From NCBI RefSeq assembly GCF_021869535.1, contig NW_026262668.1:43524001-43588000 (forward strand): a stretch of DNA of 64,000 nucleotides, given 5' to 3'. This DNA comes from Mytilus californianus (Eukaryota). Both the position numbers and the translations under genes were made by a program. Positions 25,717 through 37,594 of this stretch are shown here, piece by piece. The first letter of the stretch is position 1, and each line of letters begins with the position of its first letter. Under the pieces are notes generated by a model. That model made no database searches. It was not told the DNA's origin and was given only the letters and a program-made list of their open reading frames with translations.

Positions 25717-26336
25717 GTAAGCAGGAATTCATTCACCACCAGAATTCAAACTCATCATGACCAAAAATAAACCAAACGATCACGTGCCCGTGTGACAATT
25801 TGTGAACTTTCGAACAATTGAAAATTTGAACTTTAAAACATTTTTATCTTTGTATTTTCGCAATAAATTTTTTTTTTTATTTCTAAATCGACTTCGGTAT
25901 ACTGTTTATTTAATTTTCAGACTCATCTATTAGGATAAATTCAAAATTGTTTAAGACACTTTGCGTCAGTCAAGACCTGTTCATTCAAAATAATTACTTA
26001 GCTACTATTTACATTTGAAAAATAGTAGATATAGAAATAAGATGTGGTAAAAGTATAATTGCCAATGAGACAACTTTCCACCATTTTTTACATAAGGAAA
26101 TGTTTAAACCGCTAGCGATACACTTGTATGAGTGAACAGCATTGAAATTACAGACAGAACAATTAGTGTCAGAAAAATAGATTAAACTCTAAGTAATCTA
26201 TTAAAAGAACTAAAAAAAAGAACATCTTCAGAAAAGTCTGAAATTTCAGTATGAAAGGTCACCATCATCTGTGTTATAACATAAGCCCATTTACTGACTG
26301 TTACATTGTAGAGGGTTGAATTGGTCATAGTTTAAT

Positions 26337-27033
26337 CATTGGCTACGATTTAGAAAAAAAATTGAAATACGATTCTTTTTGTTTCAAGTAATAATAAAAG
26401 TGGAATTTTGAAATAATATTTCGTCATAAGCAGTGATCAGTTTGGCCCGAATTTGTCAAAATTAGCTCAAAAACATCGCTGTTGTATTATTGACTTGCAA
26501 AGCAATAACTCAACCTCATGTATATTTGTATTCATGTGACCTCCAATTTAACCCATTAGCTGGAGATGTGTTACACATGTACTAGTCGTGTTCAACTTTC
26601 AAAGTAAATGAATGTCAAAATTGAAAGTGAAACAAAGGTGAACCATTTCGTTGACTGATTCGATCCACCAAAAAAACATTCTTATACAGGTAAAAACGAT
26701 GATTTACATATTTTATTAAACCTATAACATGAAATCAAACAGACCCAGAAAAATACAATTGCAGGTGCTCACTTTTTATATCTATTTATTTTTATATCGG
26801 GTTATATGACCGTCGGCAGTCTTCGGTGGTCATGTCGATGCATGGTTAATTAGATGGTGTCTAGACTAAAATACACACGAAATCAGGATAAAAATTATCG
26901 AGTCCATGCATTGTTAATTGTTTATTTCAGACTTTTTGTAATTTGGATAGACGTTTTAGCATGTTATAAATCATATATGAGAATTTGAGTCAAATCGGTG
27001 AAACAGAACATGAATTTAACAGCTAATGCCCGT
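26337..27033. mobile_element. Non-autonomous DNA transposon/MITE, Kolobok-like (copy 2, inverted relative to copy 1)
   Basis: Reverse complement of 647-1326; TTAA at 26333-26336 and 27034-27037. Confidence 0.7.
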
Positions 27034-27479
27034 TTAAATTCTCCGTAACGATGACAAGAACTGCGTTTTACTAAAGTTGGTACGAAATACGACCAGTGAC
27101 TATTTATAGAATATTGATTTTTTTAACTGGTTGTACACGAAAGTCGACAATGTTTAGGAAACATAAGCCAAATATAAAGGTCATATGTATTGTGTAATGA
27201 ATTCATGCTATCAAATGTGTATACAATTGTATATATCCATTATACTTGATCCTTAAAAAGCCTAGTACAGCAATCGATTGTAGTTTTGTTTTCTTTTTTA
27301 CACGAACCTTTTATTAGTGAATGTTCCTATTTAAAATTCCTAATATTAAAAATTTTATTATTTTTAGGAAACTGGCCTTATCAATTCTTTTGATGCATGC
27401 ACGATATGTAAGAAATTCTAAAAAATATATTTGATCACTGACTGTACTTTGCAAGACTATATTCAATATCTAGTGTGCT

Positions 27480-28489
27480 ATCTATAATTGCTTGTTTCTT
27501 GTTGTATAGAAATAAGGGACTTTTGCTTGTTACCTGTTGTATAGAAAAAGGGCTGGTGCTTGCTTTTTGTTCTTGTATAGAAATAAGGGACTATTGCTGT
27601 TACCGGTTTTATAGAAAAAAAAGGTACTATTTTACTTGTTTCTTGTTATGGTATAGACATAAGGGACTATTGCTTGTTACTTGTTATTGTATTAAAATAA
27701 GAGACTAATGCTAGTTTCGTGTTATTGTATAGAAATAAGAGACTAATGATTGTTACTGGTTGCATAGAATTAAAAGACGAATGCTTTTTATATGTTACAG
27801 TATAGAAAAAGGGACCTTTGCTTGTTACTAGCTATTACATAGAAATAATGGACTAATGATTATTACTTGTTATCGTATAGAAATATGAGACTATTGCTTG
27901 TTACTTTTTATCGTATAGAAATAAGAGACTAATGCTAGTCCCTTGTTATTGTATAGAAATAAGAGACTATTGCTTGTTACTTGTTATTGTATAGAAATAA
28001 GAGACTTATGCTAGTTTCTTGTTATTGTTTAATCCACCATTTTCTACAGAAGGAAATGTCTGTACCAAGTCAGGAATATGACAGTTGTTTTCCCTTCGTT
28101 TGATGTGTTTGAGCTTTTGATTTTGCCATTTAATAAAGGACTTTCCGATTTGAATTTTCCTTGGAATTCGGTATTTTTGTTATTTTACTTTTTTTGTATA
28201 GAAATTAGAGTTTAATGACTGTTACTTATTGTATAGAAATAAGACACTAATGATTGTTATTTGTTGTATAGAAATAAGACACTAATGATTGTTATTTGTT
28301 GTATAGAAATAAGGGACTAATGCTGGTTACTTGTATAGAAATACGGGTCGAATGCTTGTTACGTGTTACAGTATAGAAAAAGGTACCTTTGCTTCTTTGC
28401 TTATTACTAGCTATTATATATAAAAATAAGAGACTATTGCTTGTTACTTGTTATTGTATAGAAACCAGGGACTATTGCTTGTTACTTGT

Positions 28490-28492
<3 letters not shown>
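27480..28492. repeat. About 38-bp minisatellite (TTGTATAGAAATAAGAGACTATTGCTTGTTACTTGTTA), interrupted at 28031-28192
   Basis: Repeated TATAGAAATAAG(A/G)GACTA units are visible throughout. Confidence 0.85.
28031..28192 (+). repeat. Interspersed repeat fragment inside the 38-bp array
   Basis: TAATCCACCATTTTCTAC...CAAGTCAGGAATATGACAGTTG...GAATTCGGTATTTTTGTTATTTTACTTT; homologous to 19850-19945. Confidence 0.7.

Positions 28493-28558
<66 letters not shown>
28493..28558. repeat. (TA)n microsatellite, about 33 units
   Basis: Perfect TA run ending the minisatellite. Confidence 0.95.
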
Positions 28559-28560
<2 letters not shown>

Positions 28561-30349
28561 TAAGGATCAAACGAATAGATTCAAGTGTCCTATTTACTTA
28601 GAATAAAGGTTAATTAAAAAAGTTAAGAAAATGTCTATTCAGTATTACAATTCGTAATATGATAGACAGTTTTGTTAATGTCGTATAAATTGGACATATA
28701 CGCTTGAATGCGCGTGGTGTAGACAGCTGGTCCCCATTTTAAATATTTGAATTTATCACTTACAGTTAAGCATCTTTTTGTCAACAGCTACGTGCAGTCT
28801 CTTATAAATTTATCAAATTTTATGCAGTCAAATATTTGCAATATTGGTGTCATTATGGTTTTTTTTAACTTAATTTATTTTTTATAGTACCCTTTATAAA
28901 ATATTTCAAACCATACACATTCATTGAATGATAAAACCACGCCATAAAGATCCCACCTTTCTTTCATAATAAGATCATGATTAAACAGTAAAATAAAGTA
29001 TAAATTTCATGAACCCTGAACTACGACTTATATATATTTTGATAAAAAAAACTATCATGAAAGTCGCTACAACTATTAGTATCTTGTCGCATGATTGGTG
29101 AAATGTAAAATTATGATATACATTCTTTTTGTTGACATTTTATAGTTTTTCTAATGAGTAGCATTGTTGATATTGTATAACAAGATTCAATTGTGTATAT
29201 ATGATATATAGTGGTAACGTAATCGAGAAAGGGCAGCTCATCTTACTTTTAATAAAAACGAAGTACGTTGGTCGGGGAATGAAATAAGAGAAGAGGCTCT
29301 ATTTGATACCCAGTTAAATGTCACTAAACCATAGTTACGCTTATACATCAAGCTTTACATCTCTGATTTGGAAATCATCATTCGTCTCTTATTACATTTA
29401 TTTGTAAAATGAATGTCACGGTTTTCCGTACAAGGGTAATAAGTGGTATAGTTCAGTTACTTGAGGACAATGACATCGTTTGCTGCTGTGATTGATGACA
29501 CGTTGGGGGAATGATTTAGCCCTATTGGATATGAATATAACTATACCCGTAGTTTTACTGATATTAAGATAAAAATTCTAGCTGTTTATTACAGGACTTA
29601 AAAGACTTGTATGTCTTTTTTATCATCTTTACTTTTTTTTTTAAATAGTACGATTTCAGTATGGTTCGTGTTACTCAACATGATCTTAAGTTTTCTGGAC
29701 TGTTGTTTGTCATTTCGTCGTTTCTTCTTCTTGGTCATGGTGTTGTCTGTTTTTATTCGACTTATAATTATTCTATTTCCTCCTGAATATCTGCTCCCCG
29801 ATCAGTCTATCGGTATTTTCTACGGAACTTTACTTTTGGTAGGCAAGGAACGTTCCAAGGTAGTCCAAAGAAAAACGCAAGTCAGAGTCTTTAGAAATTT
29901 GCGTACTTACTAAGTACATGAAATGAAATTCTTTTATAAATTATTTCTGTATTTTAATGGATTGATTACTTTTCATGGCTATAAAAGACGGCATGATAAA
30001 AATTTAACATGTATGAATCAGTTATTGGCCTCACTGTATTATTATGTAAATTGATCAATTAATTGTCTATTCTCGTTATAAATTTTTTTTTATCTTATAG
30101 GTTTACTGATCGATGGTCTTGATCAATTACCCATGGAGAGATAGGAAGTCTGTTGAAATGGAAAAAAAAAGTACTTTAGAAAACGTTTCCAACATAATGG
30201 ACTTTAAATAGAAGTTCAGTTTAATAATGATACATGTGTGTATTGTAGATCTTCATAAAGCAGAAAATCAATATTAAGATATAACCATTTAAGAACGAGT
30301 GTAGCGATTTAAACCTTTCTAAATGCTGCTACTTAGAAGTTGTCTTCTA

Positions 30350-30426
30350 CTGTGACGACCTTCTCACGAAAGTGCTCTCTTTATATACCCAGTTTAAAAT
30401 AGATCATCGTTGGGGGTGTCACGTGA
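30350..30426 (-). promoter_or_regulatory. Possible TATA/Inr core promoter with upstream E-box
   Basis: Minus strand GGGTATATAAAGAG (TATATAAA 30387-30380), Inr-like TCACAGT about 30-34 bp downstream, GTCACGTGA at 30418-30426. Confidence 0.3.
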
Positions 30427-31042
30427 TTATTGACCGAGTGCCCCGGATATGCCAGGCCTAGTAAAAGCTCAAAGACTACTAAACAAAAGGGAAATCTTCT
30501 TACACAATAAACATAAGTAAATCCTTCTTTACTTAGAGGATTGGAAACTGACTTTTATATACCACAGTAGCTTAAAGGATTAATATTGAAAAGACAAACA
30601 ATTCTTGTGATAATGGCTTTTAAGAATTAGATCGATGATTTGTACCGTGCCTAAAGGATTTTGTGGTTATCATAAATTGAGCCTATTTAATTGAAGAAAT
30701 TTAGTGGTATTTTCATTCTGTCACACCTACACGACTCTGAGCGCTTAAATTAAATACTATAGTACATCATATATAGTATGATTCAAATCATTATTATTGT
30801 TCACGTATTATAGAAAGTAACATGATATACTCTTACTTTTACTACCCTTCCATTGCTTTTCATTTGAATACCAAGTATTCGGTTTTATTATGGTGTTCTA
30901 TATTGTAATGTGGTTGGCTTCCTGTTCAATAATTAATTGCTGCTTTGTGAATCCTTTTGTTTTAAAAGCGATGTTGGGGTAAAATTAACGATTTAGAAAC
31001 TTAGCAACACAATCTGCATGTCAAATTACGATCGTTTTGTTT

Positions 31043-31336
31043 TATTTTAACAAAGATGTTTTTTTAATGTGTTTTAAATATTTTTTGGGGTAAAACTGTT
31101 GCTCATATATATTTTGATAAAAAACTATCGTTAAATAGCCTTTTTTACTTTAAATTCGTAAATCATTTCCACAATCTGGACACTTGTGATGTTGCTGTGA
31201 TGTCATAAACATGTGGAAATTTACGAATTTAAAGTATAATGGCTATTTCACGACAGTTTTTTTTTATCAGAATATATATGAGCAACAGTTTTACCCAAAA
31301 AAATATTTTAAACACATTAACATCTTTGTTTAAATA
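31043..31336. repeat. Long AT-rich palindrome / foldback MITE
   Basis: Arms 31043-31173 and 31212-31336 are near-complementary (about 85-90% by eye) around a 38-bp spacer. Confidence 0.85.
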
Positions 31337-31489
31337 CATTTTGTAGCAAAATATCTTTTTGGATAATGTTGTGCTCATATCTAAATATTAATGAAAGGAT
31401 TTCAAAATGTGCTATTTTGGCAGTGTTTGCTGTTTTGTTGTTAATGTTGATTCAATTGTAGTTTGAATCCCCAATGCAAATATGTAAGA

Positions 31490-31826
31490 CAAAACACAAA
31501 AATATAAAGACTGATATAACAGACACCATATTCTGTATGTGCCTGTCCCAAGTAAGGAGCCTGTAATTCAGTGGTTGTCGTTTGTTGCTGTATATCATAT
31601 TTGTTTTTCGTTCATTATTTTGTACATAAATCAGGCCGTTAATTTTCTTCGTTTGAATTATTTTACATTAGTCATTTCGGGGATTTTTATAGCTGACTAT
31701 GCGGTATGGGTTTTACTCATTGCTGAAGGCCGTACGGTGACCTATAGTTGTTAATGTTTGTGTCATTTGGTCTCTTGTGGAAAGTTGTCTCATTGGCAAT
31801 CATACCACATCTTCTTATTTTTATAT
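31490..31826 (-). mobile_element. HINE-like repeat, 5' part
   Basis: Reverse complement of 3399-3700; ends GTTGTCTCATTGGCAATCATACCACATCTTCTTATTTT. Confidence 0.75.
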
Positions 31827-32149
31827 TATGTCTAATGAACGTAAAAAGGGTGTTATTTTGGTATATTTATAATACCTTTTGATTTTGAAATTCAAGAGGC
31901 AGAAAAGTTGCCTTATCATACCTTCTCCTTTATTTCAACCAAATATTCAGGACAAATTGACTTAAAGTAGTTAACCCTTGAATCGCCATTGCTGAAAATA
32001 AATACTAAATATGTCTTCTCCCCAGCAATTGAAACACAGTGTTTCATGTTAATGTTTTAGAGACGTGCAGATTTAGAAATGAATTTCGGCAAAGAGCTAT
32101 AAGCAGACTTGCATTAATGATTAAACTCATCATAGTTACGAGGATTAAT

Positions 32150-32240
32150 ATTTTGTATGTCTACATAAAACTCACCAGCGACGTTCGAATCAAAAAAGTT
32201 AAAAGGTCAAATAAGGTACGAAGTTGAAGAGCATTGCGTC
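32150..32240 (-). mobile_element. Truncated hammerhead family B remnant
   Basis: Minus strand ACGTCG-CTGGTGA-GTTTTATGTAGAC; homologous to 33620-33700. Confidence 0.55.
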
Positions 32241-32529
32241 TTTCTAAAAATATATATGTATCCAAATATAGCGTTCACATCAAATAAGATATATTATTAA
32301 TAATAAATTGTTACACTTTAACAATTTCGTGCTAGCTCTTGTTTATGTAAAAGACTGAAGAACCTTCGTCTCTAAATTATACGTTTCATTTTTTGTACTT
32401 TTGTGACTTATTAGTTTAGTCTCACCTGAAGCATAAGAGTATGTAAGTAAGTATATACTTATAACAACATTAATATGTATGCCAAGTACTTCCTGTTCAT
32501 GTTTACGTTTTGAAATTATATATCAGTGA

Positions 32530-32670
32530 AAGTCTGTCCTCCTGGTTAAAGTACATGTACATTTATTTATGTATATTTCACACATGCAAAATATGTTGTA
32601 TTGTATATATTTTCATCTCTGTAACTATGTTATTTAGTTAATGATAATAAAGATATATATATCTATCTAA
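32530..32670 (+). repeat. Retroelement-like 3' tail (AATAAA followed by ATCT repeats), copy 1
   Basis: ATGCAAAATATGTT...CATCTCTGTAACTATGT..TTTAGTTAATGA.AATAAAGATATAT(ATCT)n; same as 52940-53030. Confidence 0.6.
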
Positions 32671-32842
32671 AATTAACTTGATATGCACATTAACTTTCAT
32701 TTTATTAGTGTTTTGTATGTTAATTGTCAAAATATTGCTTCTATTTATGTATAGATTACATGAATCACATGTATCACATGTATCTACATAATGTGCTTGG
32801 TGAGTAAGTGACAACTACAAGCAGCATTAGATTAAGATCAAA

Positions 32843-33010
32843 TTAAAATAAGGAGATGCCGTACGAATGCCAATGAGACAACTATCAACCAGAGACCAAA
32901 GGATAGGGGTTTAACTAAAGGTTATTGTACGGCCTTCAACAATGACTGAGCAAAACACATACCATGAATTAAGTAAGCTAAAGAAGGCCCATGCATGAAA
33001 AAATGTTAAA
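32843..33010 (+). repeat. HINE-like repeat, 5' fragment
   Basis: AAAATAAGGAGATGCCGTACGAATGCCAATGAGACAACTATC...GTACGGCCTTCAACAATG. Confidence 0.65.
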
Positions 33011-33197
33011 CAATTCATGAGACAAAAATTCAAATTAACAAAAATGAAGTTCTTTCAGAGGACATAAAATATCTGCATGTTTTATATTACATTAAATGTC
33101 GATAAAATATTCTTTTTCAAAGCAAAAAAAAAATTAATAAAAAAAAATAAAAGAATAAAAACATTAGTTCGCTTATCGTGCCCAAAAATAATAACGT

Positions 33198-33900
33198 AAA
33201 TAAAGGCAACAGTAGTATACCGCTGTTCGAAACTCATAAATCGACAGAGATAAAAACAAATCCGGGTTACAAACTAAAACTGAGGGAAACGCATCAAATA
33301 TAAGAGGAGAACAACGACACAACAAAAACACAACATTAAAATGTAACACACACAGAAACGAACTATAATATAACAATGGCCATTTTCCTGACTTGGTACA
33401 GGACATTTTAAGAAAAAAATGGTGGGTTGAACCTGGTGTTGTGGCATGCCAAACCTCCCGCTTTTATGGCAACGTCAAACACAACACCAAAACGACAACA
33501 TCACATGACAGGAACACAATACAAATAAATGGGAGAACATATAGGACAAAGAAACACACGAATAATAGCTAACAAAAGGTACTAGGCTTAAAATTCAATA
33601 CGCCAGACGTTGCGTCTCGTCCACACAAGACCAACCAGTGACGCTCAGATGAAAAAAGTTTGAAAGCCAAAACAAGTACAAAGCTGAAGAGCACCGAGGA
33701 CCAAAACTTCCAAAAAGTTGCGCCTAACACGGCCAGGGTTTTCTGCCTGGGACAAGAACATCCTTATTATTTAGAATATTTTATAATTTTGCAAACAGTA
33801 AATTTTATAAAATGACTTTTTAATAGATATACATGATGAAACCGAAATGGGGACTAACTACAGAATAAAAACGGGTACATTACATAAAACAACTTAATCC
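33198..33900 (-). mobile_element. Composite high-copy repeat with a degenerate family B hammerhead at 33646-33600
   Basis: Minus strand GAGCGTCA-CTGGTTG-GTC TTGTGTG GAC-GAGAC GCAAC GTC-TGGCG: stems I and II still pair, core nucleotides are mutated. Confidence 0.6.
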
Positions 33901-34447
33901 AACACATAAAAATACACAGCCGAGTTAGAAAAAGCCTCAACGCACAAAGTGACGTCACATTTGAATTTGTAAAAACATTTCCCAAAAATAAGATAGGATT
34001 AGGATTGATTCAAGATTAGATTTGTAATACTGACATTACATTTATTAATAACAATGAAAATTATAATACTTTTTAATATCAAATTATGGTAGTAATTAGA
34101 TAATTAATTGTATTATCTAGCTATGTCGGTGTTTCTTCTGAATCAAACTGTAAACCAAATATATCGTATAAATTTCGTTGAACCAAACTAAAATCTAATA
34201 AATGAAGGGGGTGATTAATTATCTTTACCATAACACACGAATATAACAGAAAAGACGTTAAGACATTTGACAAAATCCGACGAGAATAACAAATATAACA
34301 TCAAAATTAAATACATGAATTTGGGACAGAAAAGTACCGTGACACGTCTTATAGCAATGCGGTTTCACACTAAGCAAAACAGTCACAATCGGGAATAAGT
34401 CACGTTCGGTAATTAAAAGATCAGACGACGTAATGACAAACCACAAT

Positions 34448-34880
34448 CTAACACGTGGTAAAAATGTCCTTAGTTAGTTTGGACAAAGACACATCGTATG
34501 CATCAACCAATTCGTGATGGTGTCCGTAAAATTTACGGAGTGTCATTTTTAATCTGTCCTCCTCATAACTTTGTTGGAGCAGTTTCTGCGTAAGGAGCAC
34601 ACTCCTGTATATGAAGTCCGTATAGTCTGAACAAGCACGAGAATAACGTATCAATTGAGATATGTAAACACCATACGAAGGGGCAGAGGGTATGTTACTG
34701 CTGAGAAATGGGAAATTGATAATTGGGAAGTTGAAATCCTCCCGTTTATCATAGATTTTCGTGTGAAGTCGTCCATCTGTGTCAATATTGAGGAAAAGAT
34801 CAAGGTATGAAGCAGTCCTTCTAGTATCAGTAGTATCCTTAGACTAGCTTCATCAACAAAACATTCTAAAGAAACAAAAT
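34448..34880 (-). mobile_element. Penelope-like (Naiad-type) RT C-terminal fragment
   Basis: Frame reads YDKREDFNFPIINFPFLSSNIPSAPSYGVYISQLIRYSRACSDYTDF...LRKFYGHHHELVDAY...DIFTTC*. Confidence 0.9.
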
Positions 34881-35400
34881 TGTACATAATATTTAATTGG
34901 AAAATATGTTAACTGTTTAATTTAATGATGATTTAAGCTTCACAACATATGTTATTGCACATAAAATATAAAGGATTACGGACGGTAGTTTATTCTCTTT
35001 TTCTTTATTCTTTCTATTTCTTTTTCGGCATTTCGAAATTTGAAAATTTATAATCTAAAACCAATAATCACAATCTTGCTCTTTTACTTCATGACCTCTT
35101 ATAAGCATGGTGATTTTTTGTTCGTCTATTCTTTTCTTTATTATAGGAGTATAGTTTACAATATGTCTGTCAGTTATATAATCGCATCCAAATGACAAAA
35201 AAAAAAAAAAAAAAAAAAAACGATGAACGTGTTTCATAAAAAATTTTAATTTTTGTATTTTTTTTTATGTAGATATACATCCTGTTTTTTGTCTACATAA
35301 AAATTTCTACAATGTATATTTGAATAGCAATTTATTGTAGCCAATTCGACATTTCACAATCTTTCGGAAGGGATAGTGTTACGATACAGTTGTCAGATCA

Positions 35401-36104
35401 TTAAGGATGACATATTTTGGTATTAATATTGATTCACTCATAGGGTCTTTGCATCGGAAATAAACACATTTATTCTAAAACCAGTTGTTGGCATGATACG
35501 GGTTATGTTCTTCTCATATATTTTATGATGGTATGATACTAAACCCCTAACGAGAGGGATTGTACTTGATTTTCATATGATGAAGACATAATCTTTCAAT
35601 CAGTTTAATTGAGGTCTGGAGCTGGCATGTCAGTAACTGCTAGTAGTCCTTTGTTAATTTATGTATCATTGTCATTTTGCTTAGTTTCTTTTGTTACCTA
35701 TTCTGACATCGGACTCGGACTTCTTTAAACTGAGTTTTACTTTGCGTATTGCTATGTGTTTCTTTATTCTACATTGGCTAGAGGTATAGGGGGAGGGTTG
35801 AGATCTCACAAAACATGTTTAACCCCGCCGCATTTTTGCGCCTGTCCCAAGTCAGGAGCCTCTGGCCTTTGTTAGTCTTTTATGTTTTTTCATTTTAGTT
35901 CATTTATATGTTTTGGAGTTTAGTGTGACTTCCATTTTCACAGAACTAGTACTCAATTTTATTTAGGGGCCATCTGAGGACCACCTCCGGGTGCGGGATT
36001 TTCTCGCTGCGTTGAAGACCCATTGGTGGCCTTCGGTTGTTGTCTGCTCTTTAGTCCGGTTGTTGTCTCTTTGACATATTCCCCATTTCCATTCTCAATT
36101 TTAT
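35401..36104 (+). repeat. High-copy interspersed repeat, longer copy
   Basis: 3' 500 bp nearly identical to 15810-16312. Confidence 0.8.
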
Positions 36105-37594
36105 TAAGATTCTGTTTTATAATAGCAGTCAAATTGAAAATTGCGTTTGAGCTTTAATACTAGCTTGCAAAGGGGTATGACGAAGTCACCTTCTAAATTC
36201 AATACTATTTTGGTTTGTTTTCCTTTGATTTTGTGTTATTTATTTTGCACAGTGTTGAAGTGCTGTACAAGGTACGTCCAGTCAGAATCGCAATAACTGT
36301 TAAATCCAATATCCCATGTAGTGAGAGTGCCATACTCTCTTCACGTAAATTAACACATGCAAATAATGTCCCAATATACCCTCTACAATGATAACATGTT
36401 TCGTCTTGTTAATGCATTGACTATTTTATAGATATTTTCTATTGAACCAGCTATCAATCAAATTGTATATTGAAAACTTATTAATATATTTAATTTATGT
36501 AATGCATGCTAGCTTTTTTGTAACTTCCTGGTTTAATATAATGCATTGTCAGTATGCTTTTCTACGCACTGTTACTTGTATTTAATGTTAGAATTTCATT
36601 ATGAAAATGACATCTTTAGCTTTGAAGTATATGATGTTTTAAAATCATGCCATACTGAAAGTTTTTGTTCCATGACAAATGATACAGACTTTTAAAGGTG
36701 TATTAGCATATCTATCAAAAGATATATTTATCAGTCAACAGAGATTTTTTTTTCGTTAGTACATATGTTTTACAATCGAACGTCACTGTCCAAACACTAG
36801 GATTATCAACAAAAATGTACTTCAAAATATAAAATAACATAAATGCTGATTAGTTTGATAATCATTCTAAATTCCTATTTTCCAACCCTAAAATATTAAA
36901 ACATTTATAAAGATTAACAATGACAGTTAATATTACTTTTCAAGACAGGTACCGTTCATTCTTTTTATCTTGGCTTTTTAATAAAATCCCAAACCGGGCC
37001 TGGTTAAATATACACCTAGTCATTCTGTAACCATATATTTTTATTGAAGACAAACATGTACAGATTTGATAACCATATTTTATAATATTTTTCATAGTGA
37101 ATTTAATCTTCATTCTTATAAACTTGTTGGCAGCCTGAATCTGATTCGGTTATTCAAATGATGAAGAATTGGCACGGGACACAGCAAAAGATCTCATAGT
37201 TTCAAGCTTGTACATGTAACCAATAATCAATAAATTATTGGATTATTTAATGATGTACATACTGGTTTAGTCACGTTTCTTCACATTAGACAGAAATATT
37301 TATTTCAGTAAATTAAAGCGTTAGATTAGTATTGCCAGGGATATATCATCTATAAAACCCGATTAAAATCTCTGTAATTGTTTTCTTTCTTTTCTTTTCT
37401 TGCCTTGTATTAAGTGTTTGATATTACAAAATCATTACTTTATACTGCATCCCGAATTTGTTTGCATGGGTATGAGTTGGATGTTTAAAATCTCTAATAC
37501 AAGACATCAAAAGAACAAGATAATAAAATATCAACCATATGTTTTTAACGATTTCAATTTTGCCAACTCATCATGCGTTTGTAGTTTCGTTCAG

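Noticed and set aside
647-27033. A single 26-kb element (Polinton/giant transposon) bounded by 680-bp TIRs
   Set aside because: Each arm has its own TTAA flanks and short terminal repeats, the arms are only about 80% identical, and the interior has no polymerase, integrase or capsid ORFs. Two independent MITE copies explain it better.
27480-28492. CRISPR-like array or Cys-rich ORF 27475-27708
   Set aside because: Head-to-tail degenerate tandem repeat with no spacers; the translation is low complexity.
29980-30023. Plus-strand TATAAAAG plus TCAGTT promoter
   Set aside because: The 40-bp spacing is too long for a TATA-Inr pair, and no donor precedes the acceptor at 30100.
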